The notes below the pieces were generated by a model. It did not search any database, was not told the origin of the DNA, and saw nothing but the letters and a program-made list of their open reading frames with translations. A stretch of DNA of 63,516 nucleotides, the filler included, from Diploschistes diacapsis (lineage: Eukaryota): the NCBI GenBank assembly GCA_023645945.1. It is 25 parts of 25 records of this genome, joined end to end, with 100 filler letters (N's around TTAATTAATTAA, not from the genome) between each part and the next. Parts side by side here need not be neighbours in the genome. Positions count along the whole stretch, not along the records: positions 1 to 18,484 come from JALAIB010000413.1; 24 more parts are not named here. One strand, 5' to 3'. Shown here in pieces: positions 1-16,800 of the stretch (position 1 is the first letter of the stretch; each line of letters opens with the position of its first letter). A program made the position numbers and the translations under genes.

Positions 1-1005
1 GCTCTTGGAGTCACGGGGGAAAATGAATTTTAGAGGGGTGGCAGAATTTAACTTTATCCAGTATTATTATTCATTCCCAGTTCTCTGCAGCGTCCCCCTC
101 GGCGCGCTGACAAATATGAGCAATGTCTGTCTGTTGACATACTTAGGCATCGGAAGTTAATCCCCAACGGCGGCGGTTGTTGTCTTTTGTTAAATGTTTA
201 ATCATACAGGATTAGGCCGGCTGAAACTGCACAACATTGCTTTTGTGAAGAAGACATTTGAGCTTTATGCAGGTACCCCCATATCACACTTATACCGGCA
301 GAGCTCTGACTTCGGCTGTCATGACCAACCGTCACCTGCGAAAACCAATTTAGGGTTACAGCCATCACATGATCTGCTTTAATGCTCATGTCGCTAGAGC
401 TTTGAGCTAAAAGTAAATGTGAACGTAATCATGCTCTGTTCGGGCCCAGTATGCGACCTCCCATTCCTTTCAACTCGGTTCGACTTATCGCCTGCCTTCT
501 CTTCAAACTTCCTGCAGTGCTCCTTGCAGCCCCCATCTCCACGGGAACCTGCCGCTTCGTCCATCCATGGGCAGCGTGTGTGACGACTTATCAATGTACT
601 CCTTCAACACCAACGCAAATTGAGCAGCTTGTAAGCCGACCTGACCCTTCGCCACAGCCGCTCGGCTGTTCCTATGGTCCGTACCATATACGTGGGACGA
701 GCTTCCATGCGTCTTGCCCATAGTATACCCGTAGATGGCATCAAATCGACGGATAGGCTTTGACTTGATCATGTCCCGTACCGAAACTCTTTAACGCATA
801 TACCTTAATATTTTTGTAAGGGCTAGCACGTCGTCGGAGTGGTCTGGAGATCCTAGTGAAAAGTGATGGTATTATCGAGAGAATCCTACGAATCCCCAGT
901 GCAGCTATTGTCCTCTTGATGGTTTGCGATGGTGCTCTTGGAACACGCTGGCTCACCACGTTCGCTCAAGGGAGAGTAAAGCAAAGCCCTTGCTTATATT
1001 TCCCA

Positions 1006-4015
<3,010 letters not shown>

Positions 4016-5356
4016 ATCCGTCAATATCGCAGCTTTGGCTGCCCAATTCCACGAGAACTATCTTAGTTGATCCCCTTCCTTGAAGCAGAACCGCAAGGTG
4101 AGCCCGTCACCCACGGACGAAGAAGCGAGAGTCCCCTCCGCAACGAAGAAACGTGGCAGCCCGTTCTGCTCAAGTTGTTGGTATTCGCCGGCCTAAAGGC
4201 TTCGGGTTACTACCAGGGGCAGGTGTGTGCAGGAGTGAACGGGGGCTTCCGTGAAACGGCCAATGTCAGAACTGCGCAAGGTCCTTTGAGAAGTTGAGAA
4301 GCAGGTTTGAACAATGATCTTTCGAAGAGTGCTTGAGTGATGTGCAGGCAATCACGTACCAAGCGGAGACAGAGAGTGAGCAAGCCTAAGAAGCTGGTGC
4401 CCTGGAGAGACCCATGTCGAGGAAGGTGGGAGGTGCCAACGCATAGAGTGATTGGATACCTAGGTACTTCGTGGCGGGATACAGTATAGCAGATCTGCAA
4501 GTACAGAGTACACCGGTACGTGCAGCCAAAGTATGCGAGCTTTAAATGTTTTATGTTTTCGAGCAGTTTGGGGTGTGAAAAAGTGAAAGGCAGCCGAAGC
4601 ACAATGAGCTTCTGCTACCTACATACTTAACATACTACTAATACATAGATACGCACACGGAGACTAGATATTTGGGCTGAAATGCGTCAAAAGCCCTCCA
4701 GAACCGTTGCCTGTACCCCGTTGGCTCCACTGGGGGGGGCAAGAGCTGCTTGCTGCACAGGTACTTCAATTCCTCTAGGATATATAGATACACAAGAGTC
4801 TAAGTAGCTCTGTATTAGCGTCTGTAATCTACCAAAATTAACCGTCACAGTAACCGCTGCCGTGATCTTGTACACTGCGGCGACCCAGCCTCGAATAGGA
4901 CAATCGAGAAGAATGTTCCACAGAGCCAGAGCCAGGTACATATCTATACTAAGGCATAGCCTGTATGTGGCATGATGGTGCCATGGATGGAGGAATTATG
5001 GAATTTCAGTTCAAGAATTAGCTTATCTCCATTGTAGTACAACAAAAGGTCTGGTGAATCGACTTGTGCTAAGAATTGGTTGATTGATGCAGGGCCCCGT
5101 TGCCGGCTCGGGTGATTTATTCCGCCGCGCTGGTTAAATCGTTATGGTTCATCTGCGTATTGACATAAAGGGTATATACACATGGCGAAAAATTGGTAGC
5201 AATAGAGATGGCTTTGCTATGGTGTCTTCGGACAATGGACAATGCAACTCCTCTAGAACACATGTCTGGTCCCACCGAAATTATAATCCCTATCTACACT
5301 ATGCATTGCACTGTTTCGTGAACCTGTAACCCACCTTGTCAAGATTCCCATCCAAA

Positions 5357-8300
5357 ATGAGAACTCTACCTAGGTCTGGCGGTCATGGATTCGAAGGCGC
5401 AGACGAGGCTACGTACCAAAAGGCACAAAGTCCAACCGCGCACTCTTCGAATAAATCCAATAGCCCCCAGAGCAACGACCTTGACCCTTCCAGCCGTCTT
5501 CTAGCTCTGGCGGCTGAGGTACGAGATCAAGATGAGATAGAGCGCAGTATTGGGCTTCAAGTGAGTCCCAGCTGCGCTTGGTCGTACACTGAACTAAGTT
5601 CCATGGACAGGCCGAGCAGCTCCTGACCGAACAAGCCAATGAACGAGATCAAAAACGGCTGGAGAAGGCTTTAGCGGATAAGGAGTAAACTATCAGCTTG
5701 TTGATCTAGAAACTTCTACTGACGAGGTTCGAAAGACAACTTCAAGGCCAAATCAGAAAGATTCAAATCCGAATAAACCGATCGCAGTCCGTCGCACCTG
5801 CGACAACAACCAACTTGCTAGCAGAAGTTTCGCATTACGAATCGCAAGTCGCTACGCTTGACTCCGACATCCTAGACATCCAGAACCGTATCAAAGCGAG
5901 GGAGAACACTCCCCATGATCAGTCCCGTCCGGTCGAGGGGGGCAATCAAAAGCTTTCAAATGAAACGCAAAGAGAATTCCTAATCCGAACCGGGAAAATC
6001 ACGCCTTTTTCCAAGTTCACCGGAGAGCCTGCTTCAAAGACGGAAGTCAACTTGAGCGATGCCTTGTATAATGCAGAGTCCGCTCCAGCAGAGGAAGAGA
6101 CTGCTGATGTTCAAGTCGAATATGAGGGTCCGCGATCCCACCGTGTACTACAAAGACCGGGATTTGTCGAGGAGGAAAGGATAAGCAGGAGCTCTACACC
6201 CGTAGATATCTTACCGCCCTCCCTCAAACGTCGTCGATTGAATTCTGGCGAAGCTGGCAGGCAAATCCACAAGGAAGATAGTACTAACGGCTCGCCTTCA
6301 GACATAAGCGCTTGTGTTCCAGAGGTTAAGAGTGGGACAGATGACTCTGTTGCGACATCAGATGACGTATCTGCTTCTGATGGCGATGAGTATATGCAAA
6401 GCATTCCTGCACCAAAACGAAAGCGAGCGCTAAAGCAGCAAAATTTACCATTTAATGCTGGACAAGAAGGCTTCGTTGAGCTTGATGACGGTAACGAGAA
6501 AGTATATCAGGCCCGCTTACAGAGCTGGACCCAACGTAGAAGCGCCGCTCGTCAGAAAGCTGAAGCAAGGCTACAACCTGGCCGCCCAACCCACCAGCAC
6601 AACGTCAATAGAGCGAATGAGGATTACCTGCCACACCCAACGGTTGCGGATACCACGCTAGGTGAGGGATACCGAGTTCCAGGAGACATCTATCCTTCCT
6701 TGTTCGACTACCAGAAGACTGGGGTGCAGTGGCTATGGGAGCTCTACTCGCAGCAAGTTGGCGGCATTGTCGGTGACGAGATGGGCCTGGGGAAAACGAT
6801 TCAAGTGATTTCTTTTTTGGCTGGTCTTCACTACAGTAGGAAGGTAAGCAAGCCGATCATCATTGTCGCCCCTGCAACTGTCATGAAGCAATGGGTAAAT
6901 GAATTTCATACCTGGTGGCCACCATTCCGGGTCTCAATCTTACACTCTTCTGGAAGCGGCATGATCGACATTGGCCAAGAATCCCAACGGGAGGAAGAGT
7001 TGCTGTCGCGTAGAGCCCCCTCAAAGGCGTCCGGGGCCACAACCAAAGGTCAAAGAGCAGCTCAGAGGATTGTCAACCGTGTTGTTGATGAAGGTCACGT
7101 TCTGGTAACGACTTATTCAGGTCTTCAAACCTACGCAGATCAGCTCCTACCGGTCGTTTGGGAATATGCGGTTCTTGATGAAGGCCATAAAATCAGAAAT
7201 CCCAATGCAGGTGTGTAGACTGTACAAGTTATCTCTTGTCAAAACTACCTACTAACATTCTTCAGGAATCACTCTTCACAGCAAAGAGTTGCGGACACCT
7301 AATAGGATTATTCTATCGGGAACCCCAATGCAGAATAATCTGGTCGAACTCTGGTCGTTATTTGATTTTATATTCCCCATGAGGCTTGGGAACCTGGTCG
7401 ATTTCAAGAACCAATTTGAGATCCCTATCCGGATAGGTGGATATGCGAATGCCTCAAATCTACAAATCCAGACTGCTACGAGATGTGCAGAGACTTTGAA
7501 AGATGCCATATCACCCTATCTTCTGCAGCGAATGAAGTCCGACGTTGCCGCAGATCTTCCAAAGAAAATTGAACGGGTCTTGTTCTGTAAATTGACGAAA
7601 CCTCAGAGGGAAGCTTATGAAGCATTTCTCAACGGCGAAGACCTGAATTCTATCATGCATGGCAAGAGACAAGTGCTCTACGGAGTAGACATTCTTAGAA
7701 AGATTTGCAACCACCCTGACCTGCAAGATCATAAGGGTCTTTCGACGAAGGCAGGATATAACTACGGCAGTGGGGTCAAATCAGGCAAGATGGTAGTTGT
7801 GAGAGAGCTGCTCGACGTATGGCGCAAGAGTGGCCACAAGACACTACTCTTTGCTCAGCACCGCATTATGCTTGACATACTCGAAAAGTATATCCGGGGA
7901 ATGGAAGACCTGAATTATCGACGAATGGATGGCACAACTCCCATCGCTGCACGACAGGCCATTGTCGATGAGTTCAACTTTAATCCGGAAGCTCACGTCT
8001 TCCTACTGACGACCAAAGTCGGTGGTCTCGGGGTGAACCTCACCGGAGCGGATCGAGTCATTATCTTCGACCCTGACTGGAATCCATCGACAGACATTCA
8101 GGCTCGAGAAAGGGCTTGGAGACTGGGCCAAAAGAGAGAGGTAGAGATATATCGACTCATGGTCGCAGGAACGATCGAAGAAAAGATCTTCCACCGACAA
8201 GTCTTCAAGCAATTTCTAACCAACAAAATTCTTCGAGATCCGAGGCAACGTCAAACGTTCCAGATGTCAGATCTTCACGATCTCTTTACGCTTGGAAATG

Positions 8301-9244
8301 CAAACGAAGAAGTCACACAGACAAGCCGCCTTTTCGAAGGGACAGAGGTAAAGTTCAACAGGCAGGAAAAGGCACCCACGTCCAATGACAAGTTACACCC
8401 AATAGTCAACGAAGCTATATCCTCGAATGAGTTAGTAATTAATCCGGATATTAGCGATGTTGCCGGCGTGAGCTCCATACGTCCCTACGCTAATGACGAC
8501 GCAGAAGGTGCCGGCAAAGGAAAGGCAGAAGACACAAGTGCCTCAGACCAGCGCATTCTGGAAGGCATCTTCGCTCGATCAGGCGTGCACTCTGCGCTCG
8601 AGCACGACCAGATTATCAACGGCAAGCGCGTCGTAGCCGCCGACCCCAAGATCATCGAGCGTGAAGCCAAACGCATCGCAGAGGAAGCAGCTTCCGAGCT
8701 CAAGCGTGCCAAAGAAGTCGCCCGCACCATCCCGGTCGGCGTGCCTACCTGGACCGGGCAGTTTGGCACTGGCGGTCGCCCCGGCGCAGCAGTCGCAGAA
8801 CAAAACCATGCCTCCGGCGCGCCCTCCTCACTGGGTATCCTCGGCGCCTTGAAAGCCAAACCCATCGCCGCCAGCCCCAGCGCAGCCGCGGCCGCAGTCG
8901 GCCTCTCCGACTCCTCGCGCTCGACGACCCCTCTTCCATCCACCACCACCATTGCCGCCGCGGCCGCCAACAGGAATACCGCGGACCGCCATCCCCCACA
9001 AGCCCGCTTCAATCGCAACCGGCTGGGCAAGGAGTTCTTGGGCAAGATCCGCGACTTTCTCATGGCGCACGGCGGCAAGGTGTACACGCAAAACCTGATC
9101 GACCATTTCAACCGGTACTGCACGACGCCCGAGCGCACGGCGGAGTTCAAGGCCATGATCCGCGAAATCGCGGTGCTGCAGAAGGGGAGCAGGGGGAGGG
9201 GAACCTGGACGCTGAAGGAGGAGTATGCGGTCCGGGGACGCTGA
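5357..9244 (+). CDS. RAD26: Rad26/Rhp26 (CSB/ERCC6) SNF2-family ATPase for transcription-coupled repair. Introns 5561-5610, 5685-5735, 7211-7265
   Basis: ETQREFLIRTGKITPF, LFDYQKTGVQWLWEL, GDEMGLGKT, LDEGHKIRNPN, SGTPMQNNL, QARERAWRLGQKREV, and a C-terminal winged-helix-like TQNLIDHF...GRGTWTLKEEY. GT-AG junctions keep frame. Confidence 0.95.
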
Positions 9245-9901
9245 TCGAGGGGAAAGCGTGTATGTGCATGATGGACGTTGCGGCTGCAGTGGAGATAAGA
9301 GCAGGGGCGTTCTTACGCGAGCTGGGGGGGGAACGTGAAAAATACCTGGTGCGAGGCATAGTATCAGAAACTTTTTTTTTTACGTCGGTTTTTGGCGGCC
9401 GCCAACGTAACTTGAAGTCGGGGCTCTTTGACTTTGATTTGGACGATACCCGAGATATACCCCCCCCTCCCCGTTAGAAGAGAGAGAGATCGATAGGCAG
9501 ATGGAATTTATTTACATTATGTCATGTTGGCTCCGAGGCGATGTGCTTGATTGCATGCATGCGTCAACCTTGCCGGTTGATTAATTTCGATTGTTTGAGA
9601 GAACTTATTCAGGCCGGCTGTTGCACGCTCCAGACAAAAAGATTCCACATGAGCATCGCTCTTCTATTGAAAGGACATATCTAATCTATCGTGCCTCTCG
9701 GGGGATCGAGGGTTGATGAAGATGCCATTTCATACGCCTAGCCCTCCTGAGGCGCCTCCACCAAGTCGATCGCGCCCGGCGTTGTTAAGTGGCAATAATC
9801 TACGACGGTGGCGTAACCTACAAAACATCCTCCGGGTCATTATGTTCCAACCCCCCATACATTATTTCTCACATACGCTTTTCCAATATCCAATCGGTTC
9901 T

Positions 9902-12638
9902 CTACTCGATTCTTCTCCGCCCACAGCTGACGCAGCCAGTGTCTCTCGAATCCTGCATCGGTCCGTAGTGGCAGTCGTCCTGAAGACAAACCAGTCAGTC
10001 AGGCCATCCTCCCACGGTCGCAGAGCCCAGGGTCAACTTACACAATACCAATCCACCGGCCTCGAGACCGGCACCTTCAGCGTCACCTCTCTCTGCCCCG
10101 ACCCTTCGTCCGCCTCGATTTCCAGCTCTCTCCCTCCATGGTCGTTGCAGGACCTCCTCCTCTTCGTGCGCTCGGCCGGATAATCCTCCACCTCGCTCTC
10201 CCCGGTCCCGTCCAGCTCCGGCTCCGACTCCTCCTCCCCATCCCTGTCCCCATCGGCGTCGCCGGTGCTCCCGCGTACGAAATCATCCTCCGCCCCGCCG
10301 CCTCCGCCTCCGTCACCCCCACGTCGTCGTCGCTGTGACTGCAGATCCTTCAGCTTCCCCTTCGGCACGTCCTTGTCCATGGGGTACCAGTCATCGATAT
10401 TCTGGCCCTTTTTGAAATGCTCGTCGTCGATGTGGTTGAACCGCTCGTCCCACGCCTCCAAGCCCTTGGTGGACAGCTTGACGATGGCCTTGCAGAACCC
10501 GCACCAGAACCCGTTCTGCCAGTTGCGGCCTATGCGCCTCTTGCGGCACTGCTCCCGGATGTACTCCTCATCGTTGCGCCCGTGTTCCTTGCGCAAATGC
10601 GATTGGAAAGGATCGCGCCGGAAGAAGATCTTTGCGCAAGTCCCGATTTTGCTGGTTGCGACGGCCTCGTGGCACCGCCACGTCTCGAGCTGGTAATGCT
10701 GCGAGTTCTCATGCCGCTTCCAATCGTTCTTGCTGCCGAAGGTCTTGCTGCAAGTCGCGTTGGTGCAGCCCCAGGGTCGCGAGTGCCGCTTCTCGTGCTT
10801 CTTAAGATCACATGGGCGATCCATGGTTTTGGAGCATATGCGGCAGCGCACGCGCTTGGGGCGCGCGCGTGGCTCCTCATTGTCATTATTGTTGCTGTTA
10901 TCATTCGTGCCGCAGCCATCGATAGCGCTTCGGCCGGGCGAAAGCGAGGAGGCAAGTTGCGCCATGCGGCGCGAGATGAGCTTCTGGATCCTATCCTCCG
11001 CGTTATCATCGACACGGAACTCGTGGGCGAGGTCGGCGGCCAGCTGCTTGGACCAGCCTTCAAGGTCGGCTTGGGTGACAAGCAGTTGCAAGAACGCGGC
11101 CTGCGGTCTTGCCAGAGGAGAGTGCAGCCTTTTGGCGGATTCGGCGTTGGCTGGGGAATACCCAAATAGCCCAGGGCCGGGCAACGGTGACCCCAGCTGC
11201 CTGTGGTTCACCTGGGAATTAGCAGGCTGGAGGGCATTCGATCGGTAGGAGCTTGAAGGCACACTTTCTGGTCGTGGCAGGAAATCGGTTTCCGCCGGGT
11301 TGGGTTGCATACGTGCATTCGAATCCCGATCTTTTGGCAGTGGGGTTATCGTCACCGTGTTCACTATCCGATTCATGCCCAAGTTTCGCATGTCGGGGGG
11401 TTGGGGACCGCTCGGCTGATGAGCTCCCTGGGAAAGGTCTAGTAGTAAATTGGCGTCTTGGAACTCGGTAGATGCCAAGGGTCTTTCGCTGGTGGTGCGT
11501 GCTGTACTGTTCGAGGCAGACTGAAGCGCCGCTAGTCTTTCCGATTCAATCTCGGACCTTTCATACATCAGCAAATGCTCCATGGCATCCTCGTGCTTCG
11601 TTTGATACTAACCTCTTGATGAGCTCGTCGATATCCTCTTTGCTATGCATGCGATTGCAGTGAGATTTGAAATTGTCCAAGCGAGGCCAAATCTTCCCTC
11701 GTTTGTTGCACTGCATGCCAGCGCATCTGAAGCTTCTACCGTTGGGGAGCGAAATGCCATGGAGACTTTTCTTGTGGCGGTCCAAGTCGTTCTTCGTCGT
11801 GAAGCCCTCTGTACGCGTGCAACCGCTTACGGTACACTTATGAGGCTTCTCGTGACGCTGCTGGTGTTTTCTGAGTAGCCTCTTAATTAGCAATGTTGGT
11901 TGTCATTGGAAAAGAGGTATCGCACCTGAGCTCTGACGCATTCTTAAACCGAGGCTCGTCCTTGCAATCGGGATAAGTGCACGCGAGGGGTTGATGGTCC
12001 TCTGCCTCTTGCTCCGGCCATATGTACCCGGCGGCAATGGACGGTGCGGTTTGAGTATTACCGGAATAGAAGCTAGCGTTGGAAGCACTGGTTTGCAGAT
12101 CCATTGTTCCTATTCCCTCAATGAAGCTCTGGTTATCATCTCCAGGCTCCATGGCCTCCCCTCCGCTGACGACGGACTTTGAGCCGGGTCCATTCGTAAC
12201 GTAGCTCGAATCGGGCTGGTGTCGCCCCGTGACGTGGCTGTCTGGATTTGATCTTATGGGCTCACGATAGCTGGGATATGGTGCATGCGGCCGAACGACC
12301 GACTGCTTGTTGTGCGTGATAAAGCTAGGGGGCCAATCGCCAACGCTTTCAAGGCTCCGTGGATGCCATGGAGTTTCGGCATTATAGAAACGGCTTATCG
12401 GATCAGGTTCCTGGTCACCGCGGGAAGGGGATAGCAAGATCTTTCCGGAGGCAGAATCGAGCACGATTTGGTCCTGAGGAAGTATTCCATCCTGGAAGTC
12501 GGTAAAGGACCGGCTATCAGACCGATCAAGACGGGGGTTCGAAGACGAAAAACTCCCATGGAACTGTTGGCCGACCGGGGAGACGAAGGAAACAGGCTGA
12601 GTCATTCTCTCCCTTCCAAATGTAGAAGTTGGGTTCAT
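9902..12638 (-). CDS. Multi-C2H2 zinc-finger transcription factor. Introns 11871-11925, 11558-11612, 9980-10041
   Basis: N-terminal finger cluster (CTYPDC..RKHQQRH; CTVSGC..DLDRHKKSLH; CAGMQC..FKSHCNRMH) and C-terminal cluster (CRIC..KKHEKRH; CTNATC..DWKRHENSQH; FWCGFC..RFNHIDDEH). The last exon, 9902-9979, completes WYCDDCHYGPMQDSRDTGCVSC..*. Confidence 0.88.
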
Positions 12639-13867
12639 TTTGCATACTATAATCTTCGAGATTTAGACGGCGTGGCCTGGGTAGCCTCTGGCCGCGATGA
12701 TAGCCCAGGCGCGCGCCTCATAAGCAAGATAAAAGTACCGCGCAACAGTCCTAATGATCAGTCAAGCTTTACTCATCCGCCTCGGTAAAGTCGCCCTGAC
12801 AGGCGCAGGGTCAACGTAACGAAGCTGCCTTTGGGAGCGCTGTGGTAGCGGGACGCGATTTCGTGAATGAGCACCTGAGGAGACAAAGAATGGGAGAGCC
12901 ACAACGGTCACTGTGGCGATTTTGCACTGCTATGACTAGACTAGATTCGAGACAAAAACTCGAGAGCGGACGGAGTGGGGGGTGAACAGTACAGTATGCG
13001 AGGCTGAGCAACTTTCAATATCAGGGCAATGCAGCATGCATGTCTGGGACGTTCTTTTGGAACGAAATTTTTTGGGAAAGGCAAAAGAGACGGCCTTGTG
13101 TGTCCCTCAAAGTGTAGGAAGCAAAACGATTGTAAAGCCGTTTACACGTCTGTGTATGTTTGTAGATAAATGGATGATGGTGTTGCAAGGCCTACTTACT
13201 GCTTGCAGAGGGCATGAGAAGGCGCTCTCACCGCATTTGTAGACCACTAGCACTGTCACACAGGAGGGCGCGACGAAGGTTTGGAGGGCTTACCGGGCTA
13301 ACTGGGCGTAGGTTGTGGGCAGAGAGCCTAACAGAACAAAGTTGGAAGAAGAACGATGCAGGTCATATACATGATAATGTACGTCGAATCACTTGCTGGC
13401 CGTCCAATGATAAATAAATCTTGGTGGTGGTGCGTGTCGCTGCCTGATTCTGGCTCATCAACTCGGCGCTGCTACTACTACTACGTACACAACACAACAG
13501 CAGTATACCATCTAGTATTTACCACGGACACGTGTAGTAGAAAGTAGAGGGAGTAGACTACTCGCTGTTCACCATGTTCCATCCATCTGCCAGGCTGGCA
13601 GTCAAGGCCTGCGTTTATATAGAAGGCTTCATTCATACAAGTCGTTTCGGTCTAGATACGAAGTCTACAAACAATTAAAAGGTCCTCCGAAATTTGTAGA
13701 TAATTACCCCAGTATATGCGTCCAGACCGCCCAGACGCCCCAAAGTCCGGGCCTTGCGCCACAATACTAGAGAGTAATTTGCAGTATCGGAATCCTTGCA
13801 GTGATCAATATCAAATGTGGGACCGCCAAACTCATACTCCATGCAGAATCTCTCTCTGTCCCATAAC

Positions 13868-16800
13868 TCAAGACGACCCATAATACTGTTGCTGCTGTGT
13901 GTGCTGATGCATCGGTTGTTGTTGTTGTTGCCCTACGTAAAGAGCTTGGCCGTTCGACGTGCTAATACATGCATCTTGCTCCTTTCCTGCGTAGTGTAAG
14001 TGGGAGCCAATCCTTCTCGCATTCGCCGGCATGTCGCTGTCGTTATTCATATATTCAGGTATGTGAAATTGGGGTTGCTGACCCATATCGACAGCATAGG
14101 CCCCAGTATCGTTGAAGGATACTGGCACCCCGTGAGGCATCGGTGTCTGGAGCTGGTGGAAGACGCCGGAGCCGACAGCAGCCTGATGATCAGGGAAGGT
14201 CGAAGATGTCATGATCATGGCATGGCATGCAGTCCCTTGGCCGTTCGGGTATTGCGAGCTCGCGTGCATCCATTGGTTCGCTATACCACCGTCGTACTCC
14301 GTTGCGGTTGGCACCTGCAATGGAATGTTGACTCGGGTGTTGGTCATCATCCATGGAACATCATTGTTGAATTGGGCTTGCTGGAAGTTGGACCCAACGT
14401 GGATGGGTGCAAATGCTCCAGGAGCTTCTTGCATTGTGGAAACGTTTTGCGGCCGTTCGAATGGGGAACCGCTTAGTGAATCGCGATGGGAAGCATGCAC
14501 ACCAGGGGAGATCGACGTCTGCGGCAGCTTTGCTTCGATGGGGCTAACGATGGTATCGGGTGTTACGTCCTTCATCTTCACAAGTTCAAGCACAGGCATG
14601 CTGATCTGCTCCATATGTCGGGCCAAATGGACCGTAAGCTTCTTGAACGTGTTGCAAACGTTGCCACAGAACTTGCACGGTTCGTCCATTGGATTCTTTG
14701 TAGTCTCTCGGCGGCACTTCTCAACCATCATCAACACCCTGTCCTCGGCCGAATAATCTTTGTTGCCACGCCCCTTTGTCTTGGCCGGCCCACGGACTGC
14801 TGGCCTGTTATCAGGTTTGATGGTCTTGGCCTTTGGTTCGGGCATCTTATGCTCTCGAACAAGGTGCTGGACGAAATTGTCGCGGCGATAGCATTGATGC
14901 GCGCAGCCTTCGTCGGTGCACTGCCACCACTCGAGCTGACGATGTCGCTCATTCTCATGTCTCACCCAGTCCGCCTTTCGTTTGAATGATTTCGGATCTG
15001 GGCAAGTTGGAAAGGTGCAGGTAAAGGGTTGCAGGTCCTCGTGAACGTGCTTGGACCAGTCCGATGGCTTCGTGAATTTCTTGACACCAAAGCAAAGGGG
15101 GCACTCAAACTCAGCGGGCAAGCGCTTGACTGGAGGCATCGGAACCCCAGGAGGAAACTGTGCTTCCGTAACAATCCCGTCCTGGACGGCATCCTCGTCA
15201 TCCTCTACTTCTCCCGTACCTGCTGGGACGGATTCGGTATTGGAGATCATAGCTTCCTTCCGAGCGATTTTGGCTGGAAAGTAGGTGGCAACGCCGCCTC
15301 TCTCGACGCAATGCGCTCGAGACTCGCATTTGTCAAGCCGAGTCGCTTGGGCGTGCTTGACTTTGAACTCGACCAACTTTTTGTATCGCCGAAGCTGTTC
15401 CTGTCCGATGCGCTCAACGAGGTAGGCAGGAAGACGTGGATTCACATCCCGTACATTCATCTTGAAGCCATCGAACGTGGGGATAATGAAGTCGTGCCGA
15501 GGTGCCAGGTCCATTTTTACTCCCCTTTCCTCGACTGCTTCCGAGGCATCGCCCTCGCCGTCTTCCGCCCATCCATTTGTCAATCCAGCCGCAACTTCTT
15601 TGGCGTTAGGCGGAGAAGAGATGTTGGGCAGAGGCGGTCCGCCAGATTGTGTCCACAGTGTTGCTAGATTGGGCTCAGAAGCATCGCGTGAAGAGTGGCG
15701 GCTGAGCATCTCACGAGCATGCCTAAAGACGCCATGTTTATGGGTAGGTGAGTGGCTCTCTGATGGACTTGTGGGACCTTGCCCGCGACCATAAGCGCCA
15801 CCCGGTGGAAGAGCTGTTCCGGCCGTATTGAGCTTTGGTGACTTGGGCCGCTTCACGCTAGGCAATCGCTTAAAAGTAACCGAGAGGCTCTCCTTGCGTT
15901 CATGGAGACTCTGTAGACTTTCCTTGCGTTTATGAGTGCTATCTTTCCGTGCCGACTCCGTCGGCGACTGGTCCTTTGGCGAGGGCTGCGTCGGTTCACT
16001 CTGCTTCCGTTTGGCGCTGCTAGCACTACGCTTCGGCAAAAAATTCAAGACTCTGATCTCTACGCTCTCTTTGAATTGACGCCAATCATCTTTATAGTTT
16101 TCCTTATCTTGCTCTTTCTCGGCGTGTCTGCCAACGGACAAGCGCGAGAAGAGTCCGCCTGCACCAAACACGCGTTGGAGGTCGCTATCGCTTAGCCGCC
16201 TTGGATTCGTTCCCCAGGTTGCAGCCCGAGATACTGTCTCTATGTCCCTGGCGCGCTTGGCAAAGCGCATCATTGCTTCGTTTGATGTTCCGGGTTGGCC
16301 AACCCTACCTGGTTGAGAGGGGAAGGATATCGGGTCAATCCATGGGTGTGCATCTTGCGCACCCGGCCCCTCGCTGGGAAGGAGGGGGAAATAATCAGCA
16401 GCTTCACCGTAATGGCCTTCGTTGTCGACACTCGCCGGCACCTCCTCGGTGTACCTCGCACTTCCGCCATCCTCTTCTTCCTCGCTCGCTTCGGCGACAA
16501 GAAGTCCAGGGCCGGGAATTGCAGCGTCTTGCGCTGCTCGGCGACTGCGACTTAGGACAAAAGCGTCTGCTTGTAGTGCTGCACAGTTACCCGTACTTTT
16601 CGCTCTAGAACGCTGGGCCACATGCCTGCGATTGGACACAGCGACCGGCGAGGGTTGTCCGGTGTTTGAAGGCGTTACGCCGTCGCTGTTTGAAAGCCAT
16701 TGAGAAACCTCGGCGTTTTTAGCGTTCAGCTCAGCCTCTTTTTGCTGTCCGCGTAGGCTCACAACGATCCGGCCGTCCAACGTAGCTCTCTGAGATGGAT

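Noticed and set aside
8485..11248. Long antisense/overlapping ORFs (e.g. 8485-9156, 10417-11169) and similar ones over other genes
   Set aside because: These are shadow ORFs caused by high GC3 in real genes; no recognisable motifs.
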